Part shown: positions 1 to 13,080 of the stretch, piece by piece
Layout of the letters: each line of letters opens with the position of its first letter
Numbering within the stretch: position 1 is the first letter of the stretch
DNA from: Monocercomonoides exilis PA203
Taxonomy: Eukaryota > Protista > Preaxostyla
Length of the DNA stretch: 64,000 nt
NCBI GenBank assembly: GCA_001643675.2
Contig: LSRY02000031.1
Location: forward strand, 992,001 to 1,056,000
Direction of reading: 5' to 3'
The notes under the pieces: model-generated
What the model saw: the letters and a program-made list of their open reading frames with translations, nothing else
Told to the model about the DNA's origin: nothing
Database searches by the model: none
Position numbers and translations under genes: made by a program

Positions 1-124
1 ATTTCTTTTTTGAAACAATAAAAACGGAAATATTTTTAGTCAATATTTGAATATAAAAAAAATGAATCATGGAGAATTCATTTTTCCCCAAATTATCCAA
101 TCTTTTGTCGAGCATAAACGATTT

Positions 125-393
125 GGGGAAAAAATACGGACTTTCAAACTTTTTTTGCGCAAAGCATTGAAAAAATGCTTCTCTCATAACATTATATAAC
201 TTTATCAGATTTTGAAAAAAATTTGATTTTCATATCTGTAAACAAACATAGTTGAAATCAAAACATGAAGTTTTTCAAGATTTCACGAATATCGAAAAAT
301 GGACCCATTTTTTTTGTGTTTTTTGTTCTGAAAAAGTCAATGAAAAGTGCATTATTATTCAGTGAAAATGCCTGAAGGGAAATATTTTGCCCC
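125..393 (+). mobile_element. MITE family B (~268 bp), putative non-autonomous Sola-type element
   Basis: Ends GGGGAAAAAATACGGACTTTCAA...AAATATTTTGCCCC, flanked by the direct repeat ATTT (121-124, 394-397). Homologous to the copies at 1342, 16411, 32081 and 41337. Confidence 0.85.
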
Positions 394-651
394 ATTTTAG
401 AAATTTCAATTTTGTTTTTTCTAATTATCATCAAATGAATTGTTACTCACAATTTGATGATTTTCAAACAAGTTTTCTTTGTGTACACGCTCTTGAATTA
501 ATTTCTCTTATATGTTGTTGTTGAGTTTCCTTTCTTCAGGAAAATTCAGTTTCCTCTAGTTTTTTTCATTTCATCAAAGAGTTTCAAATTGTTCCATTAG
601 ATTGTAATATTCGCAATCCTGCAAGCTTTTTAAAAATCTGATGAAATATAT

Positions 652-905
652 GCGTGATTATTTTCGAATCCATATTTTTCCATTTATAAATTTTGGTTTG
701 AAAATTCACATTGAATATTATTTCATGAACACAAAAAAGTCATTTTTTCTTTCAAAGATAATTTTTTCATGAATAAAATCACAAACATCGTTTTTGTTTT
801 TAACTCACTCTGTTTTCTTTTGAATGAATAATTCCTCTGTAAAGAAACAAAACCTTTGAAAAGCAAACACACCGAAAAAAGTTATGTTTAGAAAAATAAT
901 CACAC
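652..905. mobile_element. MITE family A (~255 bp), degenerate copy
   Basis: Ends GCGTGATTATTTTCGAA...AAAAATAATCACAC match the family TIR GGGTGATTATTTTTGAAATCATA. ATAT on both sides. Confidence 0.8.
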
Positions 906-1209
906 ATATTTGATTCCACTAGGGATTTTTCGGAAAATCTTAGCCATAATTTCTTTAAACGTCCAAAAAACCATTAAACTTGAGCACTGCATTTGGCAAT
1001 CCTTTTGTAAAACTCTTCAATCGATAGTGAGCTTTTTGAGAAAGATGTTTCAAAACTCGATGATGAAGGGCTTGTCTCAGATTAACTTGAAGGAGAGGAA
1101 AAGCATGGAGATGATGAATGAGAGGTTTGCGACGAACGTGAAGCAGAAAAATGAGAAAGTGAAGGTGAGGAAATTAAAGGAATTGAAGAATTTGGAGTAA
1201 TAGCATTTG

Positions 1210-2160
1210 ATTCCATAATTAAAATTTAAATATGAAAATATCCGTGCATTCTGTCTTATTTATTAGCTGTTTTTTTGGTGTGATTAAGCGTTATTCAGTA
1301 AAATGGATTTGGAAACAAATATCATCCATTATTGATCATCTGGGACAGAATATTTTGCTTCAGGCATTTTCATTGAAAAATTATGCACCTGAGATGAACT
1401 TTTTGTGATCAAAAAATAAGAAATAAATGGGTTCATTGTTTGAAATACATGTGATGTCACACAACATGGTGTTATTATATCAATGATATTTGCTTGCAGA
1501 TGTGAAAATCAAATTTATTTTGAGATCTGAGAAAGTGAAAAAAATTATGAGTGAAGCTCTTTTTCGTGCTTAGTGCATAAAAAGCTTGAAAGTTCATGTT
1601 TTCCCCCATCTGTCTATTGTTTGCTCTTTTGATGTTTATTTTTTCTCTTTATCTTTCATTTTCAAGAACTTGTCGTATTTTTTTGTGCCTTGAAGATATG
1701 AAAACACATCATGCAAACCTCCTCGCTCTGCATAAGAAATAAACAACGCTTTGAAAGAAGCCCATGATGATTCTGCGACCTCAATTTTCATTCAAATAGC
1801 GTTGTGATGGCCATCATAGGAATATTGATTTTCTTCGTGGGGAACATCTGGCTTTGGAATTTTGATGGTTGTGGAATCTTCAAATGACGCTTCACTTGGA
1901 AAATCATCATTCATTTCCTTTGGAGGTCTTGGAGGGATTGAAAACATCTTTTCCAAGACTGTTAATAGAAAAAAACGAATTTCATCAATCCTTTTGCTCA
2001 CAGATCTTATAGAAGTCTTAAGACACATTACAATTCTATCCACATTCATTGTTCTGTACAGCCATTCCAAATAAATTATTATCTTTTCATGAACTATTAA
2101 AGTTTGTTTTTGTCCTCTTTTTGGACATGATTTTATTTCTGATTTGATCAGATTGCCCAA
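1210..2160 (-). pseudogene. Possible very decayed IS1595/Merlin-like transposase relic, interrupted by a MITE
   Basis: HTH-like LEWLYRTMNVDRIVMCLKTSIRSVSKRIDEIR, then KIEVAES (cf. VEIDES), TDD across the MITE site and TLNHTK (cf. TVNHS). All motifs are weak. Confidence 0.3.
1342..1607 (-). mobile_element. MITE family B
   Basis: GGGACAGAATATTTT...GTTTTCCCCC with the non-palindromic TSD ATCT (1338-1341, 1608-1611). Confidence 0.85.
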
Positions 2161-2790
2161 TTCGATAATTGTTGATGTGTGAATACATAAATGTTCATTT
2201 CTCTCAACAGAAAAACCATTATCTCATATGAATCCGAATGAAACTGGTTTTTCCTTTTGGTTTTCTAAAGGTGTTTCATTTATCTCCATTTTTTAGATTC
2301 GCTCATCATTTCTTTTTTGAAGCGAATCAAAAGCTGGCTGCTTTCGTTTTTTTAGTTGATCCAATATCAATATATTTGTGTATTTTTCCTTTTGCAGTGA
2401 ACTTGTGAGCTGTCACAGTGGGGGAAATCTGATTAGCGATTGGACGATCCATCAGGGAGATGGGAATTGTCAATTCGTTCGAATCATCTCTTTCTATTTC
2501 TTTATGAATTATTGACTTTAAACACGGGATATCAACTGCTGATGCTTGCAATGAAGGGGTTAACGAAAACGTTTCCGATAATTGTGACCCGCAGATTGAA
2601 TGAATATTTGAAAGATAGTCATCTGAACTGTTGAATGAATGTATTTGAGAAGCCAAAGCTGAACAGTTTTTTGTTTTCGCTTGTCAAAAGAACATGAAAA
2701 TTAAAGAGAAATAATATGAAAAAAATAACCACACGTATTAACGTCGGTCTCACAAGAATCATAAAATGAACCGAAATATTTAGGAAAAGT

Positions 2791-2956
2791 TGGCATAGGT
2801 CTATTTTGTCCAAGTTTGGAAAGGCTTTTTGAAATTCTTTTATTAACACATTATTAATTCTTACAATTATTGCAAACAAACCGCTGATGGAAAATCTGGA
2901 AATTCTTCCGTTGAAATTCAAATTTAAAAATTTTTCATTCCCATTATTCTAACTTT
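2791..2956 (-). repeat. 166-bp repeat, inverted copy of 8292-8457
   Basis: Its reverse complement matches 8292-8457 with 2 substitutions; also visible as the duplicated ORF start MNFNGRISRFSISGLFAIIVRINN. Confidence 0.95.
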
Positions 2957-3313
2957 CAGATCATGATCCATATAAAATAATTTCATTACAATGTTATTTA
3001 GATGAAATGATGCTTGATCATATTTGACATTGCAGTATTGACCATTTACTTGTTTCTTTTTGAAGAAAGACAAACCGATGAATATTTAAAAGTTAAGTGT
3101 ATGAAAAAATAAACCTTTGAATGTTTTTTTCGCCTTGACAAATTATTTACTAATATGACGCAAGCAGAAATATGTTGTTTCCCATTATTGATCAGATTTA
3201 TAGAATGTATATTAATATGCATTGTTAATAAGTGAATTTTTCAATGTTTTTTCTTTCTTTTTTTATTTTGGAAATCGTTCTTTTCATGTTTCAACAATTG
3301 TGCGTTTGAGTGA

Positions 3314-6298
3314 ATGGCATTGCCATATTTCATTTTTGTTTGCATCAATATTTTTTTCAACGTTCAGACGAGTACAAAAGGATTTCAGCAATATTCTTTT
3401 TCTATGCAAAATATGGATCGATTGTTTGTTTTTTATTCATCATCATCGAACATCGTTGGGTTGTGTTTTAACATGAAGCTTACACAACTTTTCAATACGA
3501 TTTATTGACATTTCCTTTTCTTCCACGGATGCAAATGCTCAGCCAATTCTCCACTTTGCAACGATGCGTTTAATGTCGATTATTACAATGTCTTTTTGAA
3601 TTTAGACAACCCATTTTATGAATGCAACGCCACAAATGCAGATGGCCAGAGAGTATGTTATGAATATGATTATTCGAGAACAGTGAGTTGGGTGTTTGAT
3701 CAAACATCAAAAAAAGACTGGCTGAAGGACAAAACGATTTATGTTTCAATGAATGGAAATGATGCATCTCCACTTTGTGGGTCAAATACAACATTTTCTT
3801 GTATTTCAGTGAAGAAGGCGTTTGAGATGTGTGAGATACAGATAAGCTTGGCAATCACGCTGATGGAACGAGATCATGTGAGTGATACAACAACGATTGA
3901 GATTGGGACAAAAAAGATTTCAGTTATTGTGAAGGGAAGTGAAACATGTTTGATTGGAACAGGGGCACTTTCATCATCATCAGGGGCGCTGTTCATTGAA
4001 TCGACAGGCCATCTGGGAATGAGTCATTTGAAGGTTGATTGCAACTCAAATTCAAGTCCTTCGCCGAGTGTGGTTGTGGTATCTGATGGGGGTGGGTCAC
4101 TCTCGTTGGAGGATGTTGTGATCACCACGAGCAAAACAGGAGGGAGCGGAATATCAGCATTTGTGTTTGAAGTAGCGCTGACGCAGCTGAAGATTATTGA
4201 TGTGGAGATCAAAAATATGAAAATGATTCAATCGCTATTTGCAGAACCATCATCAGCAGAATCGTCAACTGGAGAGAGTGTTTTGGCGAATGTGACAATT
4301 CGGAATGTGAATCGGACAACAGGGGATGGAGTGGTAATATCAAAGAATGTGAAGGGAGGAGAAACATTTGTGGTGTGGAACACTTCAATAGAGGGATGTG
4401 AGTGTGCAAATGGGAATGGAGGGGGGATAAAGGTTGAGTTGGAAGCGCCTTCAAGCAAAACTCGGATTGGAACATCAACATCGCACAGCAGAGAGACAAC
4501 ACAATTCAACAAAACAAAGTGCAGCGGATATGGAGGAGGGGTGATGCTGTGGCTGGCAGATAATTCATTTGATTTTGCGATATCATCAGTGAGTTTTGTT
4601 GGTTGCAGTGCAACACTGGGAGGGAAAGATGTGTTTGTGAATGGGAGTGGAATGGTGAGTGGGACAATAACAACCACAAAGCTGAATGTTGGACACAATC
4701 CATCTGTTTATGATGAGCTGATGGGATATGACCGGAATGAAGGAGGAATGGGAATATTCCCATTGAATGTGTTTTTGGAAGCGTTTTCAGGAGCAGCACA
4801 TGTGGGGATAGAGGTGAATGGGTATGGAGGATATGACTCGTGGTTTTGTGGGTTTGGGTATTTTCCATGCAAAACGATCGCAAAGGCAGCCCAAAACAGA
4901 TTCAGCTCAGCAAAGAAGAACATTGCGTTGAATTCAGGGTTTGAGCTGGGAGAAGTTGTGTTGATGGAGGGAACATATGAATGGGAGGTGTATTGTGAGA
5001 TTAACAAGACGAATGTGAATGTGAGGGTACCGAGTGGAATGACATCTTCGTATTTGATAAATGTTCAGAGTGCAAGCTCAATCAAGAACATTGGGCTCCA
5101 AATTCCATTTCTGTTATCGAGTGCAACATTACTTATTGGCTTGATCAGCTCATCACTCACACTCACAGACTGTTCAGTTGCTCATTTGTCAGAGAGCACA
5201 TCAAGTTTGTCCTTTGGATATAGCATTGTGAATGCACAGAGTGGGAATCTGAAAATGGAACGATTTGTGATGGAGTAAGGGTTGACATTCAATGATCATT
5301 CAGCAATTGAATTATGTGAAGAATCAGATGTGACAAATGTTGAAAAAAGAATGTTAAATTTCATATGTGAGGGAGATGTTGAGAGCGTTGGAGGGAAAGC
5401 GAGAGTGGATATGAAAGAGATGGGAGTTGAGAATGTGACATTGTTGTTAGAGGTGTGTGTGATTGGGATGGAAGAAGCTGAGCAAGAGGCGAGCGTGCTG
5501 AACAGTTCATTCGGAAAGTGTGTGAATTCGGCTGATGAGGGAAGCGTGATGCAGATCAGGAATTCCAAGGATGTGAGGACTGAGAATTGTGTATTTGATG
5601 GAGAAAAAGAAATTGAGTTTGTCAATGAAGAAAACAATAGAAAAGAGGGATTATGCAAATGGAATGGGCCATTGGTTGATATTGAAAATAGCAATGTGGT
5701 GATGAGGGAAACAACAGTTGTGAAGAGCAAGGAAGGAGGATTGTGCGTGAGTGGAGGAAGTGTGAAGATTGAGAAAGGAGAATTTGAGAACAACAATCCA
5801 TCTATTGAGGGATATCCATCTGCCAGAAGGAATGTGATTTGTGAAGTGAATTACGAAATGAATGTTGTGAGCGTGAAAGGAGGAGATGGGCTGAAAGATA
5901 ACTCATCGCTTTGGATTTTGGATGAAGGATGTCAATTGGGAGAGATTGCATCAGAAAGAGATTCATCATTTTTCATCCCCATTTTGGAAGAGGTGAAGAA
6001 TATTTCTCAGCCAAATGGAAATGTGGAGTTGATAATTCGTGGGAAGCTGCTTCTTCCGTGTGATTTATCGCTGAGATTGAACATGAAAGAAGGGGATATT
6101 GAACTTCCATGCACGAGCACCATTGAAGAAAATGATTTCATATTAGAGAAGGAGGTGCTTTCGGTTATCTCATCTGAAGTGTTGAAAGAGATGGAAAAGA
6201 AAACAGAAGTGATTGTATGCATTCTGTATGGAAAAGCCAAAACATATTGTTCCAATGGAATTGCGGCAATTAACTATTCGGAAAAAATCAACAATTAA
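3314..6298 (+). pseudogene. Large Cys/Gly/Ser-rich surface-protein family member (pectin-lyase-like beta-helix repeats, oxymonad-expanded type), disrupted
   Basis: ORFs 3596-5278 (560 aa) and 5282-6298 (338 aa) are in the same frame, split by one TAA at 5276-5278. Motifs include IYVSxNGND..LCG..CxSV, GNGGGI, GYGGGV, CSATLGGKDVF, DSWFCG..FPCKTI, CKWNG and NNPSIEGYPSARRNVIC. The upstream part (3314-3595) has a TGA at 3506-3508, and the 3' end decays. Confidence 0.8.
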
Positions 6299-6799
6299 AA
6301 TGAAAGAAGGAAATGTTGCAACTTCAAAATAAGATCGAAAAAATATTTTTCAATTTAAATTGATGCAATAACATATTTGATAGAAATATTTTTACTCTTG
6401 GAGCAGTATTTTCAATGGAAAATGATGTGAAAATTTATTGAAATGACATCCTAATAATAAATACATGGAATGAAAATTTACAAAATCAGTGGCTTTTCCA
6501 GGGTTCCAACAGTTTTGTTACGCATATCGCTCCGAAGAAATTTACGGTTTGATGATTGGTCTATTTGTTTTAATCTCTTGTTGAACTTAATTTCAGAGTA
6601 ACTTATTCTTTTTTGGATATAGTCTTTTGCACTATTTCTACAAAGCAATGAACCTTTTGTGTTCATATATTTTGCGATGTGAATGTTGTATTTGTAAAAT
6701 TTTCATTTCATTTCATTTTTAACACATTTTCTATTTTTTCTATCAATTTCTTCTAACTCATTTGTTTTGGTTATTTCTTTTTCTTTATTTTCCACAATC

Positions 6800-8200
6800 G
6801 CCAGATTTTCCTCATCCTCTTCTTCCTCCTCCTCCTCCTCATCCTCATCTTCCTTTCCTTCCACCTATTCAATTTCTTCCCCTGATTCTTACTCAACTTT
6901 TTCTTTGGTTTCATCCTCCACATCTTCCTCATTTTGTTCATTCCCTATCACCTCTCTTTTTTCAATTTCAAATGAATATTCATCATCTTCGGATTCGTTT
7001 TCTTCTTCATCGTTGTGTATTTCGTTGCTTTCTTTTTCATTTTCGATTTCCTTGTTTTGGGAATATCTTTTTTCTATTGGGCAGTGTTCTTTTGTATTTT
7101 TTCTTTTCTCAATGCAACTTTCGTTTTTGTCTTTCAACATTTCAATTCGAAATCGTTTTTCTTTCTTCAGGAGTATAACGAGATCATTTTCGTCGAAAAA
7201 CACACATTCCTTTTGAGCTTTTTCACCTACAGATTTCTTCAAATCGTAGAGTTGTTGAATTTTTTTCTTTTCTTTTTGAAATGTTAGATTAATATCTTTT
7301 TCTTATTCTTCGTCCGTAATCAAAAATGCTTTCAGCACCTTCTCGTTTGTGTTTGCCAAGTCGTAGATGAATTTTTATAAGTTCGCTTTGTTGTTAAATC
7401 TATTAACAAATTCATAAATGAATTCTTTTTTTCTTTGTAAATGTCCGTCCTCTAATTGGAATATGGTGTTTAATGATAGACCATATTAATTCAATTGTTT
7501 GTGTGAAAACACGTTTGTTTTCAAGGTTGAATAAAATTATCTGAATGGTTCACACTTTCAAGTTCGAATCCTTCCTTTGTTATTCCAATATATGCAGATC
7601 ATTTGTCAGAATAAATATGCGAACTGTGATGAATATGCTTGTTAACACATTTTGTTACAGTTTCTTCTGTTCGATCTGGAAAAAATTCTATTCTTAATTT
7701 TTGGACCAAATTTCCTTTTTTTCTTTAAATCACTACCCATTTCCAATGTTAGGGTCCTTATTCTTCCCACGTTGTTCTTGCTTTTTGACATTAGAGAATC
7801 GAAAATTTCCACTTCTCTGTTTTCTCCAATTTTTACTGTTTTATTGATTTCTTTGAAAATACAAATCCTTCTCAAGAGTTCATTGAACTTAATAAATGAA
7901 GCTTTCGATATTTTTGTTTCTTTGACTGTTTCAAAAATTGAATGTTCGTACCAAAAAGAGTGTTATAAGCACATAACTTCTAAAGGTTGTAATTTTATTG
8001 TTTCAATTATTGAATTCAAATCCGATTCTCTTCTTTTCCTCATTTTGTTCACAAAGAACTATTTCTTCCAACATTCCTCCACTTTTTCAAAAGCATTTGT
8101 CTTATGCCGTTACAACATCTTATGTTATCTTTGACTATTCCAGTTTTCATTTGTGGCTCAAGAGAAAATTTATCAGAACCTTTTGAAGAAATTTAAAATT
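6800..8200 (-). mobile_element. Decayed Merlin/IS1595-family (ISXO2-like) transposase
   Basis: The minus strand reads, with frameshifts, KIGENREVEIFDS..KNNVGR..PDRTEETVTKCVNKHIHHSSHIYSDK*SAY..ESVNHSDNF..FTQTIELIWS, then an acidic/Lys tail (ORF 6889-7242). Confidence 0.8.
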
Positions 8201-8291
8201 CCGTAAATGTTGGAATTATATTATGTTCCTTGTTAGTGATCATCTTAAATTTTAATAATTATAATCAATAAACTTTAAAAAATGTGATCAT

Positions 8292-8457
8292 AAAGTTAGA
8301 ATAATGGGAATGAAAAATTTTTAAATTTGAATTTCAACGGAAGAATTTCCAGATTTTCCATCAGCGGTTTGTTTGCAATAATTGTAAGAATTAATAATAT
8401 GTTAATAAAAGAATTTCAAAAAGCCTTTCCAAACTTGTACAAAATAGACCTATGCCA
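8292..8457 (+). repeat. 166-bp repeat, inverted copy of 2791-2956
   Basis: Direct sequence comparison: 2 mismatches in 166 bp. Confidence 0.95.
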
Positions 8458-9222
8458 GAAATACAAAAGAAGAAGAAGGAGAAAGAAGAACTGGAGCTCA
8501 GGAAAATGGAGAAAATGGCGAAGAAGATTGAGGAAAAAGACAAGAATCTGTTTAGCAGCATCCAAGGAATACTTCAACCACACCTCGAAACAGGCACACA
8601 GATTAACCAGAAAGAGAACAAAATGGCCAGCGAGGCACAACAAGAGGAGAAAGAAAGCAAAATGCCAATTTAGACAAGAGAGCGGAAATTGAACTGCATG
8701 ATGAATGACCTCTAAAATTCTGAATTGGAAGATTTGAGCGATGAACAGGATGTACTCTGCAGATATGTTCGTATCAAATGCGAGGAAAATGGAAAATTTG
8801 TGTGGAAGACGAGGAAAGTGCCTGTTAATGCAGCAGTCGACGCAAGGCAGACAAGAACGCTTTTGGATTTGATGAGTGTGCTGAAGAGTGGGCTGAGGCA
8901 TATCCGGGCAGACATGTTAAGAGGAAGAGTGATGAAGCAGAAAGACTGGTGGCCGTTCATAGAGGAAGCTGAAGAAACACACAGAAAGAGAAAAAGGATC
9001 AGGGAAAGGATCACATCAATTGTTTCAGAAGAAAAAGGAACAAGAACATTCAGCCAGAGATGCACACCACGTGTGCACAGATGCTCACGAGGTTGCTCAT
9101 CATTTGCTCCTCTTTCAGACGAGTATGTTCAATGCGAGTGGAACAACGTGTGGTTGGAGATGATTAAAGTTGAGAAGTTGCAGATGAAGGAGAAAAGTTC
9201 GATGAGGTGCATTTCATGTTAA
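8458..9222 (+). pseudogene. 5'-truncated charged protein fragment with a degenerate C-terminal PHD-like Cys motif
   Basis: ORFs 8452-8673 and 8725-9222 are in one frame, separated by stops. The end reads CSRGC..YVQCE..W..MRCISC*. Confidence 0.45.
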
Positions 9223-10409
9223 GCACATGTATTTCATAATGATGAAAAAAAGTTGATTGTTTCAATAAAAAAGAAGGGCTTGTATGGAAGCAACAACATT
9301 GTTGGAAATAATAGCTTAGCAAAGAAAACAAAAAGATTTTCTTTCATATTAACTTATAATTGTTAACTTACAATGATAAAATTTTTCCAATAAACCTTTT
9401 TCAGTCAAAGTTTCATTCTTTTTAAAGATATTTCTTAAGTTATCATAAACACATGCAATATTTTCTAATCATTTGCGATAAATTTCTATTGCAGATAATA
9501 TCACACTCTTTTGAAAGAAGATTAGAAAAACTGTTGGTAATAAATAATGTGAAGCTTATTTTTTCAATAAAACATACTGAAATCAATTTGGGAAAAAAAT
9601 TAACAACAATGTTGTTCACTTTCACATTGTACAGTAAAATTAAAAGAGTAATTCCATAGATAAAGATTAGAAAGAAGAAAAATCAAGGTTTATTTGTTCG
9701 AATGATTTAGTTTTTTAAATAGAATTTTCTTTGTTCATTGAATGACAAATGAAATCAAGGAAGTTACTGTCTGTTGATATTCATTAAAATGAGGAAGAAT
9801 AATACACAAAAGGGAAAAATAATTTTTATTTGAATAATGATTATGGTGATTGAAATCAAAAACTTAATTTTTTTTTGGACAGATTAGGCTTTTCAAAATG
9901 ATTTTTCAAAAAATATAACCCACATATATTAAGCTCTGTGATTTTATTCGATGGGAAATGAATGAAAAATATGCCAAAAATGTTCTTGCATACAAAAACA
10001 TGTGTAATTATTTATGAGATTATAAAATCGTTCGATGATTGATTAAAATAAAATATTAAAAAATTAAAATAATTTTATTAATAAAAAACACTGAAATAAA
10101 CTGATTTCGAATATAAGTTGTTAATGTGAAAGATGTGATATCAAAAACACATAAAAATCATTTTTTAACAACAACATATACATAATATTTATTTGAAAAC
10201 CTTAAATTTTTATTTCATTTTTTTCCAGAATGAATCCAATTTGCATGCCAAAAACATTTTTCCTGTTTTGTTATTTTTTTCAGTTCTTAAATATTTTGTG
10301 TTCATTTTTCATATCTTTTTTCCATTTATCTCTTTCAAAAAAAAAAAAAAAAAAAAACAAAGAATTAATAAAAAGCAAAAGAATCATTCGTTTTCTTGTT
10401 TTAACAATC

Positions 10410-11050
10410 GGCACATGCACTATTGGATCACTTTCATTGCTATTCATCGGAAGAATTTGCAGCGTTGCGCACTCTGTTGAGTTCAAAATCATCAAAATAA
10501 AAATGTATTTCTTTTTTTCACATTTATCCTCTTTTGCTGTTCCAAGCACCTCGCTTATCGGATATTTTCGAAATAGAAACTATAATTTTCCTGGAACTGA
10601 AAATCATTATTCAAATCTCGGTAAACAAAACGTTACAGAACATGAACAGAATACATTCACTTGGTGCGAGTGGAGTGGATCAAACTTAACAAAAAACAAT
10701 AACTCAAATTTTGACAGAGTACCAAGTGATGGAGCTTTGTGCATGTACAGTCAATCAAACACCTCTGTGTCTGTTTCTCATTGCTCTTTTAGTAACTACG
10801 ATGCTCATTATTGAGGCAGCGGAATTATGTGTGATGAAATCAGTTCGGTTGAGAGAGAACACTGTTCTTTTTAAAATTCTTGCAAAGGAAAAAATCGATG
10901 TGGAGAAGAAATGAATATGTAATGAATTGAATCATGTACCAGAATTAGAGAATGTGAATTTCAGAATTGTGAAGCAAAAGAACGATAAGGAGTGCTTTAT
11001 CTTAATTTTTTTTTTCGTTTCAGAAGCAAACTGTATTGGAGAAGAAGATA
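10410..11050 (+). pseudogene. Fragment of a second surface-protein family member
   Basis: NTFTWCEWSG..DGALCMYSQSNTSVSVSHCSFSN..GIMC..RECEFQNCEA, with several stops and frameshifts. Confidence 0.65.
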
Positions 11051-11099
11051 GAAGAAGAAATAATTAAAAAGAAGAAGAAAGAGAAGCATCCACTCTTTT

Positions 11100-13080
11100 T
11101 CCTTTTTTCACTTCTGTCAAATTCTTTCCTCCTGAACTGCTGCTTTGAGTCATTCTCAGCTAAACCCAGTTCACTTTATTTTTTCTTATTTTTTTTCATG
11201 GCATATTTCGTTCAAATGAGGTTGTTCATTTTAAAAGCTTCTTTCTCCTTTTCCTTTTGCTCCTCTTTTGCCTGCACTGCTTCCTGCAACACCTACTTCG
11301 TGATCTCATTGAGTTAAATGCAATTGGTCAATGTTCGCTATTGCAATGTTTATTCAACAGTCTCCGAAAGGTGACCAACAGGCTTCCTCGCCAGTCCCAA
11401 AATAAACTGATTCTCCTTATTTCTCACTTTTTCGAGAAGTGTTCGGATCTTCAAAAGTCCTGTGGTTATTCGAATACCTCATGATTTCACCATGCGCTCA
11501 ATGACACTCACTCTCGGTGGTAGCTTATAGATGCTTGGTTGGTGCGGAGCAATTGCCAGTGAAGAGGAAGAGGAAGATTTAGAAGGCACAGAATTAGAAG
11601 AAAAAGGAATCCCTTTTGTTTTTCTCAATGAAAGTGCTGTATAGATTGTGAAGAATCGGAGGAGTGATCATCAATGCTGTCTGAGAAAAGCAGGAGGCAA
11701 CACAAACAGAAGAAGAAGAAGAATTAGCATTTACAGAAAATGAACGACGGGCTGAGGAGATACAATGATACGAAAAGATGTTTTTTTCTTCTGAATTTGC
11801 ATAAACCCCATTCACTATGGAAAAAGAAGAAGAATTATGAATTGCAATTAAAGAATTCAAGATCGAAAAAAGAAAAAATCGTATTTCTGATATTGCACTG
11901 AAGTGAAATGTCCATAATTTGTGCAGCTGTCATTGCATGCAGCTCCAAAACATACATTCATACACACACACACATTTCAATCATACCACAATTTTTCCTT
12001 TGATCGACTGAATAGTCGAAATCTGCGACTTGATCAGCGGATAGCTCTTTTTCCAGTCAAACAAGATGCCTCTCTTCTCTCTTTTTTCATACGCCCTCTG
12101 CTGCAGAGCTAGAAGTTGTTCCACACGTGGACATGCCAGGCATTCCAGCTTCCGCTCCAAACTCCAACCCTCCACACTCCCATAAACAAATTCGCTAATG
12201 CGATATCAAACACAGCTTGCGAGGCAAATGAAAAGGAGGAAACTGGAATTTTTGTCTTTTTCTCATTTACAAGCAGCTCTGCGTCTTTCTTTGCGATAAA
12301 GCCTTCGCCTGCCAGAAGCGCTTGCGGCACAGTCTCCATATGAGTGATACCTTCTGTCCATCACTTCCTTCTCTTAACTGCTCCTCCTCCAACATTCTCG
12401 TTCATCTCATTCATTGAGATGTTTCTGCTTTCCAGCTTGATTGGAATCCTCACAAAATAACCTATTTACATCAGCTGATGGAAGCTCCGGTATATTGTCT
12501 GCTTTCCACACTCCTGCACAATCCCTCTCGTGATAGAATATTCAAACAGAGGGAAATAAGTCGCCTTCGCATTCAGACGCTTTTCATCGGTCAGAACGAG
12601 CCTGTAGTCGATGCTCGTCCAACCTTCGTTCCGCAGCACTATCGACTGCATTTGTGTATCCACCTCTCCGATGGGCACCTACACCAGAAAGTGCATCTCC
12701 GTCATCTTTGCACCTCGTCCACTCTTTTATGAAACATGCGCATCAGTTGGACTCAGCGAATGGCATACGATCTTCAAAATGTCTTGCTTCCACGTTGAGC
12801 AGCACCTAAATAGAGATTCAAACGAAGCAGATTCTGCAACAGACTCAAAAAGGTTTCTGTGTAGTGCAGGCCATCGTAGCTGTTGAATGTCTCATTAGCA
12901 GGTGAAAGCTCGTTTGCAAAAGTGTGGTTCATTTGACTCTTGGAAAGATCTTTTCACGCAATCACCTTCTCCGTGTTATGGATGTGAACATCCACAACAG
13001 CTTCATATGGAATTATCCCCAATCCAGTCGCTCCTCATAATGCAGTTTCGTTGTGTTTGAATTGTATTCATAACATTTCT
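11100..13080 (-). pseudogene. CFAP65: Disrupted gene fragment resembling the C-terminal Ig-like (ASH/MSP) region of cilia- and flagella-associated protein 65
   Basis: PIGEVDTQMQSIVLRNEGWTSIDYRL..YFPLFEYSITRGIV..SFHQLM*IGYFVRIPI resembles, from memory, CFAP65 PIG..Q..L.N.G..F.PLEAK.Y...PI. The region is GC-richer and coding-like, with stops. Confidence 0.45.

Noticed and set aside
5276-5278. In-frame TAA as evidence for a TAR=Gln genetic code, which is known in some oxymonads
   Set aside because: The intact 344-aa and 514-aa transposases and the 560-codon ORF contain no internal TAA/TAG while using CAA/CAG. The relics contain TGA stops and frameshifts too, so a nonsense mutation is simpler.
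4024-6255. Multiple minus-strand ORFs
   Set aside because: They are antisense shadows of the plus-strand surface-protein frame.
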